Source: an uncultured Christensenella sp.
GTDB taxonomy: Bacteria > Bacillota > Clostridia > Christensenellales > UBA1242
Length of the DNA: 64,000 nucleotides
NCBI GenBank assembly: GCA_949296965.1
Contig: CASFQL010000018.1
Location: forward strand, 3,634 to 67,633
Direction: 5' to 3'
Shown one piece after another: positions 38,347 through 47,234 of this stretch (position 1 is its first letter; every line of letters starts with the position of its first letter). Below the pieces are notes generated by a model, which had not been told where the DNA came from, did not search any database, and was given only the letters and a program-made list of their open reading frames with translations. The translations under genes were made by a program, and so were the position numbers.

Positions 38347-38449
38347 GAACTTTGTGCTGTAAAAATTTTATAAAATAAAATTTTTACTTTTGAAATTTTG
38401 CATTCCTGCAAAATTTCAAACAAAAGTGGAACTTTTGGCACAAAGTTCC
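38346..38449. repeat. cloverleaf-type intergenic repeat, copy 4
   Basis: Outer stem GGAACTTTGTGC/GCACAAAGTTCC (12 bp) encloses GTAAAAATTTT-ATAAAAT-AAAATTTTTAC, TTTGAAATTTTGCA-TTCC-TGCAAAATTTCAAA and CAAAAGT-GGA-ACTTTTG. It starts on the last base of the rarA stop codon and is followed by TTTTTTATTT. Confidence 0.9.
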
Positions 38450-38549
38450 TTTTTTATTTATTAAGAAAGTTCTATAAATCTTAAATAATTTTATATGGAC
38501 TAGCAAATTTTGACAAATTTCAACATATAAGTTAGAAAGGAAGGTCAAA

Positions 38550-39251
38550 ATGATTGTTGAAAGTTTTATAGCCTTTATGAACAAAATAATGCTATTTAGT
38601 GCGTATGTAAACAATGCTTCAAATTTTCCAAAGCCACTAACAGCCCAGCAAGAAAAAGAATACTTTAAAGCATACAAAAATGGTGACAATAAAGCAAAAG
38701 AAAAATTAATCTCACACAACTTAAGATTAGTTGTTCATGTAGCAAAAAAATACAGTGGGACCGCCGAGAGTGATGATTTAATATCAGTAGGCTCAATAGG
38801 TCTAATAAAGGCAGTAAACACATACGAATTTGACAAAAACACACAGTTTTCCACCTATGCAGCAAGATGTATAGAAAATGAGATTTTAATGTTACTACGA
38901 ATAAATAAGAAACATATCCCCGTTATGAGTTTAAACGAAAGTTTAGGGAAAGATAAAGAAGGAAATGATGTTGCAATACAAGATATCATACCAGACGAAA
39001 ATGAAAATGTTGTTGAAAGAGTTGAGAACTCAGTTTTAACTGAAAAATTACTAAAAATCATTGAAAAGTCTTTAAGTCACAGAGAATATCAAATTATGTG
39101 TATGAGATATGGACTTAATAACACACCCGTCTACACCCAAAGAGAAATTGCTAAAAAATTAAATATTTCTCGTTCGTATATAAGTAGACTTGAAAAAAAA
39201 TCACTTGATATACTAAGAGAAAAGACAGAAAAGGAAGATATTTATTACTAA
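38550..39251 (+). CDS. sigK: sporulation sigma factor, pro-sigma-K type
   Basis: The N-terminal pro-sequence and junction IMLFSAYVNNASNFPKPLT resemble B. subtilis pro-sigma-K as recalled (..VFLVSYVKNNAFPQPLS). Further matches are HNLRLVVHVAKKY, TYAARCIENEILM and LGKDKEGNDVAIQDII, and an SD AGGAAGG lies upstream. The gene is uninterrupted. Confidence 0.85.
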   Translation: MIVESFIAFMNKIMLFSAYVNNASNFPKPLTAQQEKEYFKAYKNGDNKAKEKLISHNLRLVVHVAKKYSGTAESDDLISVGSIGLIKAVNTYEFDKNTQFSTYAARCIENEILMLLRINKKHIPVMSLNESLGKDKEGNDVAIQDIIPDENENVVERVENSVLTEKLLKIIEKSLSHREYQIMCMRYGLNNTPVYTQREIAKKLNISRSYISRLEKKSLDILREKTEKEDIYY

Positions 39252-39752
39252 AATAAAATTATGTCCCTAAATTAACAAGCAAAAATCAATATATTAATAT
39301 CTCTTTCTTAAATTTATTTTAGAAAAAATTATAATTATTATTTTAAGTGATACAAAATACCTCACTTTAAAAAATTACATATTCTTGCAGTGAATTATTA
39401 TTTTGATTAAAATGCAGAATACACTTAGAAAAAAACTATCCCTTTTTAGTTTTTAATAAAGTTTTTTTAATAGCAATTAATATATAGTTTACTTATAAGA
39501 AAACCAATAATTTATTTACATATTTAGACGCCATAATGTTTTGTTTTCATATTTATAAAAAATTGTAGATTATTTGACTACTAAAAAATTTAATAATAGA
39601 TTAACTATTTTGTAACTTTATAAATTTACTTTAAATTCTAATGATTGCTAAAAATTTTGCACAAATTTGAAAAAATTATAAGGAATAATATCAACTTTAA
39701 TGATAAATGTTAAAGTGTTTATGTGTTTTAAGACTATATACTTCTTCCCCAC

Positions 39753-39781
39753 TTGACAAATTAGAAAAATTTAATTATACT
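39753..39781 (+). promoter_or_regulatory. sigma-A promoter of rnpB
   Basis: TTGACA-17 nt-TATACT places the predicted start ~7 nt downstream, at the 5' end of the P1 stem. Confidence 0.7.
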
Positions 39782-39787
39782 TCTACT

Positions 39788-40134
39788 GTTAGGCAGACAG
39801 GTGGTCGCAGTCCAATCGTAAAGGTTGGAGTGAGGAAAGTCCGAGCTTCATAGAACAGGGTGCTGAGTAACTCTCAGTGAAGGTGACTTTAAGGAAAGTG
39901 CAACAGAAATAGACAGCAAAGTAAAATTTGCAATGGTGGAAAGGCGGAGTAAGAGCCCACCGACAAGTTAGTGATAACTAGTGCCATGTAAACCCCACCC
40001 GAAGCAAGATTAAAAAGAATCGTTATAAAGTTGTTCGCTAGATTCTTTAAAAATATCGCTTGAACTATCTGGCAACAGATAGTCTAGATAGATGACCATC
40101 AAATACAGAACTCGGCTTATAGTTTGCACTAATC
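39788..40134 (+). ncRNA. rnpB: RNase P RNA (bacterial type B)
   Basis: Universally conserved P4 halves GAGGAAAGTCCG (39832-) and ACAGAACTCGGCTTA (40106-), plus GTAAACCCCACCCGAAGCAAG. The 5' GTTAGGCAGAC pairs with the 3' GTTTGCACTAA (P1). The ends are approximate. Confidence 0.9.
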
Positions 40135-40170
40135 ATAACTACTTGCGTATGCAGGTAGTTATGTTTTTGT
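40135..40170 (+). terminator. rho-independent terminator of rnpB
   Basis: ATAACTACTTGC-GTAT-GCAGGTAGTTAT is followed by GTTTTTGT. Confidence 0.7.
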
Positions 40171-40286
40171 ATAAAGAAAACAAAAAAGTAGATGCTTTTT
40201 GATATGTTATCATTTTGTATCTACTTTTTTATATTTGATTTTTATATCTAACTTTTTTAATTTTATTTTTGCATTATTTTTTATAT

Positions 40287-42254
40287 TTAAAATTTAGCAA
40301 TCATAACATTGAGCATAGGTTTTCTTTTTACTTTTCTACTTATTGCACTAGAAGCAATTTTTCTAACCATACCTTGAATTTCTTCGTCAGTATAATTTCT
40401 CAAATCTGTTTCCTTTAAAGTGTTAAAAATTGTTTCTTTTGCCTGTGGGACAATTTTGTCATACTCATTTTCATAAATTGAGCCCCTTGAAACGATATCT
40501 GGTTTATCAATAATTTTCCCTGTTTGAAGCGACATTTTAACTAAAATTATAACAAGGCCACTTTCACTTAAAGCCCTTCTATCTCTCATTACTTGACAAT
40601 CAGGGGTGCCAACGCCCGTTCCGTCAATTAAAATATCCCCCGCCTTGACCATCTTTGAAACTTTTAAAACATCTTTATTAAGTTCGACCTGCATACCAAG
40701 TTCTGGGATAATGACATTTCTTTCAGGCATACCAAGTTCAAGGGCTAACATTTGATGATTTTTCAAATGCCTATATTCCCCGTGTATTGGTATAAAAAAT
40801 TTAGGTTTAATAACTGAATGTAAAATTTTTAGTTCTTCTTTATAAGCGTGCCCTGATGCGTGGACATCTGCAATTTGATTATAAATTAGATTACAATCTT
40901 TTCTATAAAGTTTATTAATTAAATCATTTATTTGAGTTTCATTTCCTGGGATAGGAGAAGATGACAAGATGACAACATCATTTTTGCCAAGCTTAACCTT
41001 ATTAAAAGCATCACTTGCAATTCTAGCAAGCGCGCTAGCACCTTCCCCCTGAGAACCTGTCGAAATTATAAGCAAGTTCTTGTCTGCATAATTTGAAATT
41101 CTATCAATCTCAATAATCGCTTCTTTTTGGCAATAAAGTTCCCCCATTTTAAAAGCAATATCACTGACATTGAGCATACTTCTACCTGTAAAAGCGACCT
41201 TCCTATTGTGTTTTACAGCAGAATTAATTATTTGTTGCAAACGGTAAACATTTGAAGCAAAAGTTGCAATAATAATTCTTTCTTCACTATATTTATCTAG
41301 CAAACTATCAATCGTTTTACCTACAACAGTTTCACTAAGAGAAAATCCCTCTCGCTCCACATTAGTGCTTTCACATAACAACAAATCGACGCCTTTTTTA
41401 CCTGCTTCTGCAAGCCTTTTCATATCGCAAACATTATTAGGAATATTAAAATCAATCTTAAAATCGCCCGTATGAACAACTACGCCTGCTGGGGTGGTTA
41501 TAATATAAGCGCATGCCCCGGGAATTGAGTGAGTTATAGAAACGGCTTCTAGCATAAATTTACCCGCATACACAACAGTGCCCGTTTTAATAGGTTTTAA
41601 AAGAGCATTAAGTTTTCCTTGATGGTCCCTTAGTTTTTTATCAACAAGCCCAAGAGTTATTGGAGTCCCATAAATTGGAGCCTTGACAATGCTTAAAACA
41701 TTTGGAATACAGCCAATATGGTCTTCGTGTCCGTGTGTTATAAAAATTGCTCTTAATTTAGATTTTCTTTCTTCAAGGTATGATAAATCTTGTATAACTT
41801 TTTCAACTCCTGGAATACTTTCATCTCCAAAAGCGTGCCCAGCATCAACCATTATCATATCATCGCCATACTCAAACAAAGTCATATTCTTTCCAATCTC
41901 GTCAATGCCACCTAAAAATGTTATTTTTAAGTTATTGTAACCATGGGGCTTTCTTTGTCTATCAATATTCAAATTTGTATTTTGATTTCTTAAATTCTTA
42001 ATATTTAAGTTTTGCTTATTTTGCTTTAATGATGATTGATTAGAATTTTTATTTTGTCTTAAATCGCTATTTACATAAACCTTTTTATTATTTTCTTTTC
42101 TATTAAAACTTTTTTTATTTACACTTTTATCATCATTATTTGGAACCTTATAATACCTAACAACTTTTTTCTCACTTTCACTTTTCATTTCTTCCATACT
42201 ATCTAAAATACTCCTATAAAATATAAATTTATTATCAATTAATTTTTTAAACAT
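40287..42254 (-). CDS. rnj: ribonuclease J (beta-CASP metallo-beta-lactamase) with N/K-rich N-terminal extension
   Basis: The core starts at about aa 110 (LKITFLGGIDEIGKNM), with the HGHEDHIG motif and a beta-CASP plus C-terminal domain. The first ~105 aa are low-complexity, and the exact start is uncertain. Confidence 0.9.
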   Translation of the reverse strand: MFKKLIDNKFIFYRSILDSMEEMKSESEKKVVRYYKVPNNDDKSVNKKSFNRKENNKKVYVNSDLRQNKNSNQSSLKQNKQNLNIKNLRNQNTNLNIDRQRKPHGYNNLKITFLGGIDEIGKNMTLFEYGDDMIMVDAGHAFGDESIPGVEKVIQDLSYLEERKSKLRAIFITHGHEDHIGCIPNVLSIVKAPIYGTPITLGLVDKKLRDHQGKLNALLKPIKTGTVVYAGKFMLEAVSITHSIPGACAYIITTPAGVVVHTGDFKIDFNIPNNVCDMKRLAEAGKKGVDLLLCESTNVEREGFSLSETVVGKTIDSLLDKYSEERIIIATFASNVYRLQQIINSAVKHNRKVAFTGRSMLNVSDIAFKMGELYCQKEAIIEIDRISNYADKNLLIISTGSQGEGASALARIASDAFNKVKLGKNDVVILSSSPIPGNETQINDLINKLYRKDCNLIYNQIADVHASGHAYKEELKILHSVIKPKFFIPIHGEYRHLKNHQMLALELGMPERNVIIPELGMQVELNKDVLKVSKMVKAGDILIDGTGVGTPDCQVMRDRRALSESGLVIILVKMSLQTGKIIDKPDIVSRGSIYENEYDKIVPQAKETIFNTLKETDLRNYTDEEIQGMVRKIASSAISRKVKRKPMLNVMIAKF

Positions 42255-42881
42255 AGAAATTGTCTACAAGTTTTTAAGTAGGTAAAATTTTAAAAATTTT
42301 AAATTAAAAACTATAAATTTTTTTAATAATTTTTTTTATATTTCAAAAAAAATATAAAACATTAAATACTAAGAAAAATATTAGACAATAACTAAATTAA
42401 AATATATTTAATTTGAATTATTTAAGTTCAAAATTATTTACATACTAAAATGTTTACTAATTATTATAGTAAACTACAATTTGTTAGTCTGGCAATTTTG
42501 CTAGACAAAATTATAACAACTTAATAAAACTTATTGTAATAATTATTACAAAAAAGTTTAAAAATAAAATGACAAGTTTTTGTGTTTTTTAAATAATTTT
42601 GTAAACACAAAAATAAATATTCGAGATAATATATCTAAAAAATAATTATTAATTAAACTAAAAAACAATATTCTTAAATTAATAAATCTTTAACAAACTA
42701 TTTTTTTAAAAACTAAGTTAACTAGATTAGTAAAATAAATTAAAACTTAACCGAAAAACACTCTACCATAAAACAATTATAAAGTCAATGCAAATTTTGT
42801 AAATTATTATAAACAAATTTCAAGTATTTTAATTAATATATGCTTTTAGGTAAAAAACAAAATAAAAATGAGCCAAACAAG

Positions 42882-43826
42882 TTACAAAACATATTTTATC
42901 TTTTTTATACTGTCCGTTTCTTCAAAAGTCTTTGGACTAACAACTGTATCTGGGTAGACATAAAATCTCATACCCTGACAAGTAAAGAAACTGACCATAT
43001 TAAAGACCACAAAAGTAAATGCAGTAAGAGGTAAAGTTATTATTAACGAAAGAGTAAACGAAAAAACAGCAAAGATTAAGTTTACAACAAAAGCAATAAT
43101 AACAAGTAAAATACAAGTTGAGAAGATGCTAAAAAATTTTTTAAAAACACACTTAAAATTAGTTTTTAGTGCATAAAAAGCATTGTGATTAAAGACCGCT
43201 ATTGCAGGAAGCCAACAGGCAAACAAAGAATACTTTAAAGCAACAACACAAAGCAACACACCCAACAATAAAATATCTAATAAATAATACAAAAACACCC
43301 CAAGCGTTGCAATTTTTATAATTGAATAAATTAAAAAAATAATAAGAACATTGAGTGGAAGCAAAACAATAAACCTTGCTAAACTATAAAGTAAACTCTT
43401 GCCAATGTATTTAATATATTTTACCGTCCAACTATATTTTACATGACTTGTCATATATCCATATAAAACTTCTGCATTTGGAACAAGTGCCAAGTTTAAT
43501 AAAAATGGAAACATAAATATAATCCAAAAGGATAAAAAGACATAATTTGGAATAAATTGCGAATTTTGAGTTAAAACATTCCAAAAAGTTTCATTAACTT
43601 GGTCTATTGAATAGGCTGTTGTTTGTGGTTTTGAAGAAAAAAAGTTATTTAGAATAGCAAAAAAATCATTGAAAACATTTGCTTCATTTAACTTATTTAT
43701 TATTGGCATAGCAATAACTGTGCAGACTAATAAACTAAGTAAAATACAAATTACATAGTATAATAAAGACTTCCACACATTTGAAAAATTTGTTATCAAC
43801 AATCTAAATGTATTTCTAAAAATCAT
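42882..43826 (-). CDS. polytopic membrane protein (hypothetical, 314 aa)
   Basis: Six or more hydrophobic segments are visible. No family was recognised. Confidence 0.6.
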   Translation of the reverse strand: MIFRNTFRLLITNFSNVWKSLLYYVICILLSLLVCTVIAMPIINKLNEANVFNDFFAILNNFFSSKPQTTAYSIDQVNETFWNVLTQNSQFIPNYVFLSFWIIFMFPFLLNLALVPNAEVLYGYMTSHVKYSWTVKYIKYIGKSLLYSLARFIVLLPLNVLIIFLIYSIIKIATLGVFLYYLLDILLLGVLLCVVALKYSLFACWLPAIAVFNHNAFYALKTNFKCVFKKFFSIFSTCILLVIIAFVVNLIFAVFSFTLSLIITLPLTAFTFVVFNMVSFFTCQGMRFYVYPDTVVSPKTFEETDSIKKIKYVL

Positions 43827-44207
43827 TTATATAACCTTTTTATTTACAATTAACAACCTTGAAAAAATTATAATTTATTTCGACAATAAAATCAACTAAA
43901 ATGATATGTTTTATTTGTTTTGATAATATTTACTGTTTAATTTATATTTATATGTTTAATTTTTTAGAAAAATAATAGTTTTTTGTTTTAATTAAATGTA
44001 TAAAATCGTAAAGGTTTTTATCTCATCAATTTTGTTATATAACAAAAATTTGTGTTTTATTTTGTCTTACTTAGAAGTTTTTACAATTCATTTTACTATT
44101 ATTTTACTTATATTATATTTATTATTACAAATATACTTTATAACCTATTAAAATTTAACTTTATGAAGTTCATAGAACTAATTATATTTACTGCAACTAA
44201 ACATGTT

Positions 44208-44301
44208 GGGGCTTTGTGGTCAAAAGTGAAACTTTTGTATGAAGTTTTTTTAAAAAAACTTCATAGTAAAAATTTTTCAAATTTTTACACCACAAAGCCC
44301 C
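44208..44301. repeat. cloverleaf-type intergenic repeat, copy 5
   Basis: Outer stem GGGGCTTTGTGG/CCACAAAGCCCC encloses CAAAAGT-GAA-ACTTTTG, ATGAAGTTTTTTT-AAAAAAACTTCAT and GTAAAAATT-TTTCA-AATTTTTAC. Confidence 0.9.
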
Positions 44302-44395
44302 TTTCCCAAATATAGTTTTTTACCAACTAATAAATTCTACTACTAATAAAAATAAAAAAAAGAGAGTGCAAAAATACTCACACTCTCCAAAAAAA

Positions 44396-44788
44396 TTATT
44401 TATCATTATCTAACTTATCTTTCATTGCCTGCTTTATATCATTTTTAGAAACTTTTCTTGACTTTACTTTAAGGACGCCAAAACAAACAAGTAAAGACAA
44501 AGCAAAAGCACAAACATCTATAATAATATTAGTTTGCAAATTAACACCAAAAACAAAACAAAGTGATTGAACAAATCCTATAACTAAACAAATAACAGTA
44601 ATCCAAAAAGATAAACTTGTGAACTTATCACTACTATTTTGCTCTAATTCATAACTAGAATCAATTTCTTCACTTCCTGTTAAAACTGATGAATTTTCGT
44701 TACCATTTTTAGTAAGATTTTCTTCAATATTATTAATTGTTTGTTGTTGTGTTATGTCTAAATTATTTTGATTAACTTCATTTTTCAA
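44396..44788 (-). CDS. small membrane protein (2 TM, hydrophilic N-terminus), possible holin partner
   Basis: C-terminal TM pair FWITVICLVIGFVQSLCFVFGV / VCAFALSLLVCFGVL. It overlaps the bhlA-like gene by 11 nt. Confidence 0.5.
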   Translation of the reverse strand: MKNEVNQNNLDITQQQTINNIEENLTKNGNENSSVLTGSEEIDSSYELEQNSSDKFTSLSFWITVICLVIGFVQSLCFVFGVNLQTNIIIDVCAFALSLLVCFGVLKVKSRKVSKNDIKQAMKDKLDNDK

Positions 44789-45005
44789 TTTGTTTATCCC
44801 CCTTTTTAAGTAAGGTCGAACGAATTTCCTTAATTTCGTCTTTTATATCTTCAACAATATCTAAATGTTGGTTTAACTTTGAAATTGTATCTTGGTATTT
44901 TTTTTCTCTCTTAGCACTATCCTTTAACTGATAGACAAGCAAAGAAACAAATAGCACTGCCCATATACCATTTGCCAAAGCCTGATTTAAAATTTCTTCC
45001 CACAT
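44778..45005 (-). CDS. BhlA/UviB-family holin-like protein
   Basis: 75 aa protein in which NGIWAVLFVSLLVYQLKDSAKREKKY matches the BhlA pattern (QGPFAVLF..LLFY..K...ERE.K) followed by a coiled tail. Confidence 0.6.
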   Translation of the reverse strand: MWEEILNQALANGIWAVLFVSLLVYQLKDSAKREKKYQDTISKLNQHLDIVEDIKDEIKEIRSTLLKKGDKQIEK

Positions 45006-45084
45006 AAAACTAACTTAACTGTTTAGAATCTTTCTTAGTCGCTTTCTTATTTTAATTGGATTAATTTTTTGTTTTTTCATAATG

Positions 45085-46569
45085 CTACTCTAAAATTTTA
45101 AAGTTCATTTCAATAGAAGAAATTTTTACAACTTCTTCATTTGAAGTTATTTCAAAACTAAATTCTTTTCCTGTTAAGTTAACTCTAATTATGTTAACTC
45201 TTTTATTTGGGACTATATTAAAAGTTTTAGACTTATTATCATAATTTATTTTAAGTTCAAAAGGACTAGTGCATATAACCTTAATATCTTTTAAAATTTT
45301 TTTATGCTCTAGGTCATTAAAAACCAAATTAGTGCTAACAAATTTTTTTGTTAAAATTTGCCCATTATTTTTACCAGAATTATCTAAACACCAAAGTCTA
45401 TTTCCACCCCTTATTAAAAAGACTAATCTTTTAAAGAATAGATAATTTACAGAAATCATTGAACAAATATCAATGTTTCCTAAAATGTTAAAATCTCCAT
45501 TTTCAAGGTTATATTCTACAAGAGAATTGTTTGTAGACTCCTCACTTGATGTTTCTAATGGTAAATCATAACTTTCGTCCAAATTTAAGTTACAAGCAAT
45601 ATAAAGTTTATTGTCATGATAACACATAAGAGAAGCCTCTTGGCTACATCTTGAAATTCTATCTGACAAAATTCCCTCTACTTTCTCAACATCATAGCCA
45701 TCAAAAAAGTAAAGTCCGTCTTGTTGTAAAAAATAAATTTTATCGCCACAAACACAAGCGCTTGAACAATAAATTCTTTGACCTGCATCATAAATGTTAC
45801 TTGTAGTATAATCTGACTTTAAATATGTATTTATTTTACTTATACCTTGGTCCCTAAAAACATAAACATTTTCCATAAATGAAAATAAATTTTTTAGTTC
45901 CCCCTTGTAGTCATTGAGTTCTAGCATACCTGCTTCTTCTTGGTCAAGGGAGTCTTTTCTCCAATCAAGCGGGTTACAGTTTGCACTATATCTTACAATA
46001 TAATCCCAAGTTGTATCAATTGCGAAAAGTCTTTCATTATGGAAACAAACACTTTTAAATCTAGGTGCCGTGCTAACGACATAAGGGTCATCATCACAAT
46101 ACCAAACTAAAAGGTCATCGTCTTTTGAAGAAAATCCCATAACATCATCGCCATCAATTCTAAAATTAATTCCATTTGGTTCAGATATAAAGGTGTGATT
46201 TAAAGCATAATAGCCTTCAGCCCAAAAAAATAGTGGCGTAGCATAAATTTTTTTATCACTGCCAAGGATAACGAGCAAATACATAACACTGCTATTTTTG
46301 TTGCTATAATATTTATATTTATAAAGTTTTTTAGCAACAACCGGCATTTCGCCTCTTGCTTCAAACAGGTTTTCTGAATGAGGGGTTTGCATAAGAGGTA
46401 TTGTTAATTCTTTAATACCATTTCCCTGAACTAATGCACCATCTACTACTTTTAAATTATAGCAATATTTCGGGTTAATATAACTATCATTAAACTCATT
46501 AAGCGAACTAAGGTTAGTTGAAAATTTTGTAATTAAGATTTTATAATCTTTGTAATTTTTATTATTCAT
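45085..46569 (-). CDS. phage structural protein, beta-propeller-like (possible short-tail or stabilisation protein)
   Basis: Repeated strand motifs (ERLFAID, VYVFRDQGISKI, DKIYFLQQDGLYFFDG, NKLYIAC). The ATG at 46569 overlaps the upstream TGA (TGATG) and follows AGGTGGGAG; a GTG at 46578 is the alternative. Confidence 0.55.
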   Translation of the reverse strand: MNNKNYKDYKILITKFSTNLSSLNEFNDSYINPKYCYNLKVVDGALVQGNGIKELTIPLMQTPHSENLFEARGEMPVVAKKLYKYKYYSNKNSSVMYLLVILGSDKKIYATPLFFWAEGYYALNHTFISEPNGINFRIDGDDVMGFSSKDDDLLVWYCDDDPYVVSTAPRFKSVCFHNERLFAIDTTWDYIVRYSANCNPLDWRKDSLDQEEAGMLELNDYKGELKNLFSFMENVYVFRDQGISKINTYLKSDYTTSNIYDAGQRIYCSSACVCGDKIYFLQQDGLYFFDGYDVEKVEGILSDRISRCSQEASLMCYHDNKLYIACNLNLDESYDLPLETSSEESTNNSLVEYNLENGDFNILGNIDICSMISVNYLFFKRLVFLIRGGNRLWCLDNSGKNNGQILTKKFVSTNLVFNDLEHKKILKDIKVICTSPFELKINYDNKSKTFNIVPNKRVNIIRVNLTGKEFSFEITSNEEVVKISSIEMNFKILE

Positions 46570-47183
46570 CACTCCCACCTACGCGCTTTAATATGAAAAT
46601 TTTTGTTTAAGCAACAATCAACTCCATTTAAAAACTCGTTCTTAAAATATGTTGCGTCATCAAAGATACCAGAGAGTAAATAATATTCGCCAACGACCCC
46701 CATAGCAAGAATTTTTGCACCAATAAAATTAAATTCATTAACTTTGTCGTTAAGAGTTGAAACAAAAGGAATATAACTAAATTCAATACAAACAGGAACA
46801 TTCGAGTAAAAATTTACTTTATCGTTCTCTATTTTAAAATCAACATTACCAAACTTGTTAAAAATTCTAATTATCTTTATAACATTTGCGTGAATATCAC
46901 TCAAATTTATAACTGTTTGTCCAAGACAATCATAAGAAAGCACTTTTTTAGGTTTAAATTTTGTAGTTGCTAACTCGTGAAGAACGCTATTTAATGACAA
47001 CATCATTTTAGTAAAATCTTTTTGGGCTTCCACATTTTGAGTTTCTTCATTTTGTGTATTATCAGTCTGCGACCCTTCATTTTGTGAAACACTACCTGTT
47101 TCTTCGCCTTCAAAAATAGGTAAAAGTTCGTCATCTAAGTCTAAATAGCCACTAGCAAGTTTTAATATTTCTAAAACAGTCAT
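46569..47183 (-). CDS. phage head-associated protein (hypothetical, 204 aa)
   Basis: Strong SD AAGGAGAAAGG and a position after the capsid gene. The N-terminal half is acidic. Confidence 0.5.
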   Translation of the reverse strand: MTVLEILKLASGYLDLDDELLPIFEGEETGSVSQNEGSQTDNTQNEETQNVEAQKDFTKMMLSLNSVLHELATTKFKPKKVLSYDCLGQTVINLSDIHANVIKIIRIFNKFGNVDFKIENDKVNFYSNVPVCIEFSYIPFVSTLNDKVNEFNFIGAKILAMGVVGEYYLLSGIFDDATYFKNEFLNGVDCCLNKNFHIKARRWE

Positions 47184-47234
47184 ACCTTTCTCCTTTTATA
47201 AATTTTAAAAAAAGAGCAAGAAAAATGGGCTAAT

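Noticed and set aside
38346-38449. Cloverleaf repeats as tRNA, tRNA-like or tmRNA genes.
   Set aside because: The shape is four-way, but the stems are 7-14 bp and almost purely A/T. There is no GTTCRANYC T-loop, no D-loop GG, no 7-nt anticodon loop geometry and no CCA or discriminator context. The hairpin lengths do not fit tRNA.
38450-38549. Sigma-E/sigma-K type promoter upstream of sigK (CATATAAGT near 38525).
   Set aside because: The -10-like word is imperfect and no suitably spaced -35 element is present. The nearby TTGACA has no matching -10. The evidence is too weak to call.
38384-38719. 111-aa minus-strand ORF between rarA and sigK, and similarly the 87-aa plus-strand ORF 44052..44315.
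   Set aside because: Both are read through cloverleaf repeat copies 4 and 5 and AT-rich spacer. The first also overlaps the sigK start and SD. They are hydrophobic low-complexity products with no translation signals.
45015-45080. 21-codon very basic sORF (MKKQKINPIKIRKRLRKILNS) between the 497-aa gene and the bhlA-like gene.
   Set aside because: It has no convincing SD, it is too short, and its composition is expected from A-rich DNA. It cannot be supported from sequence alone, though it could be re-examined with ribosome profiling.
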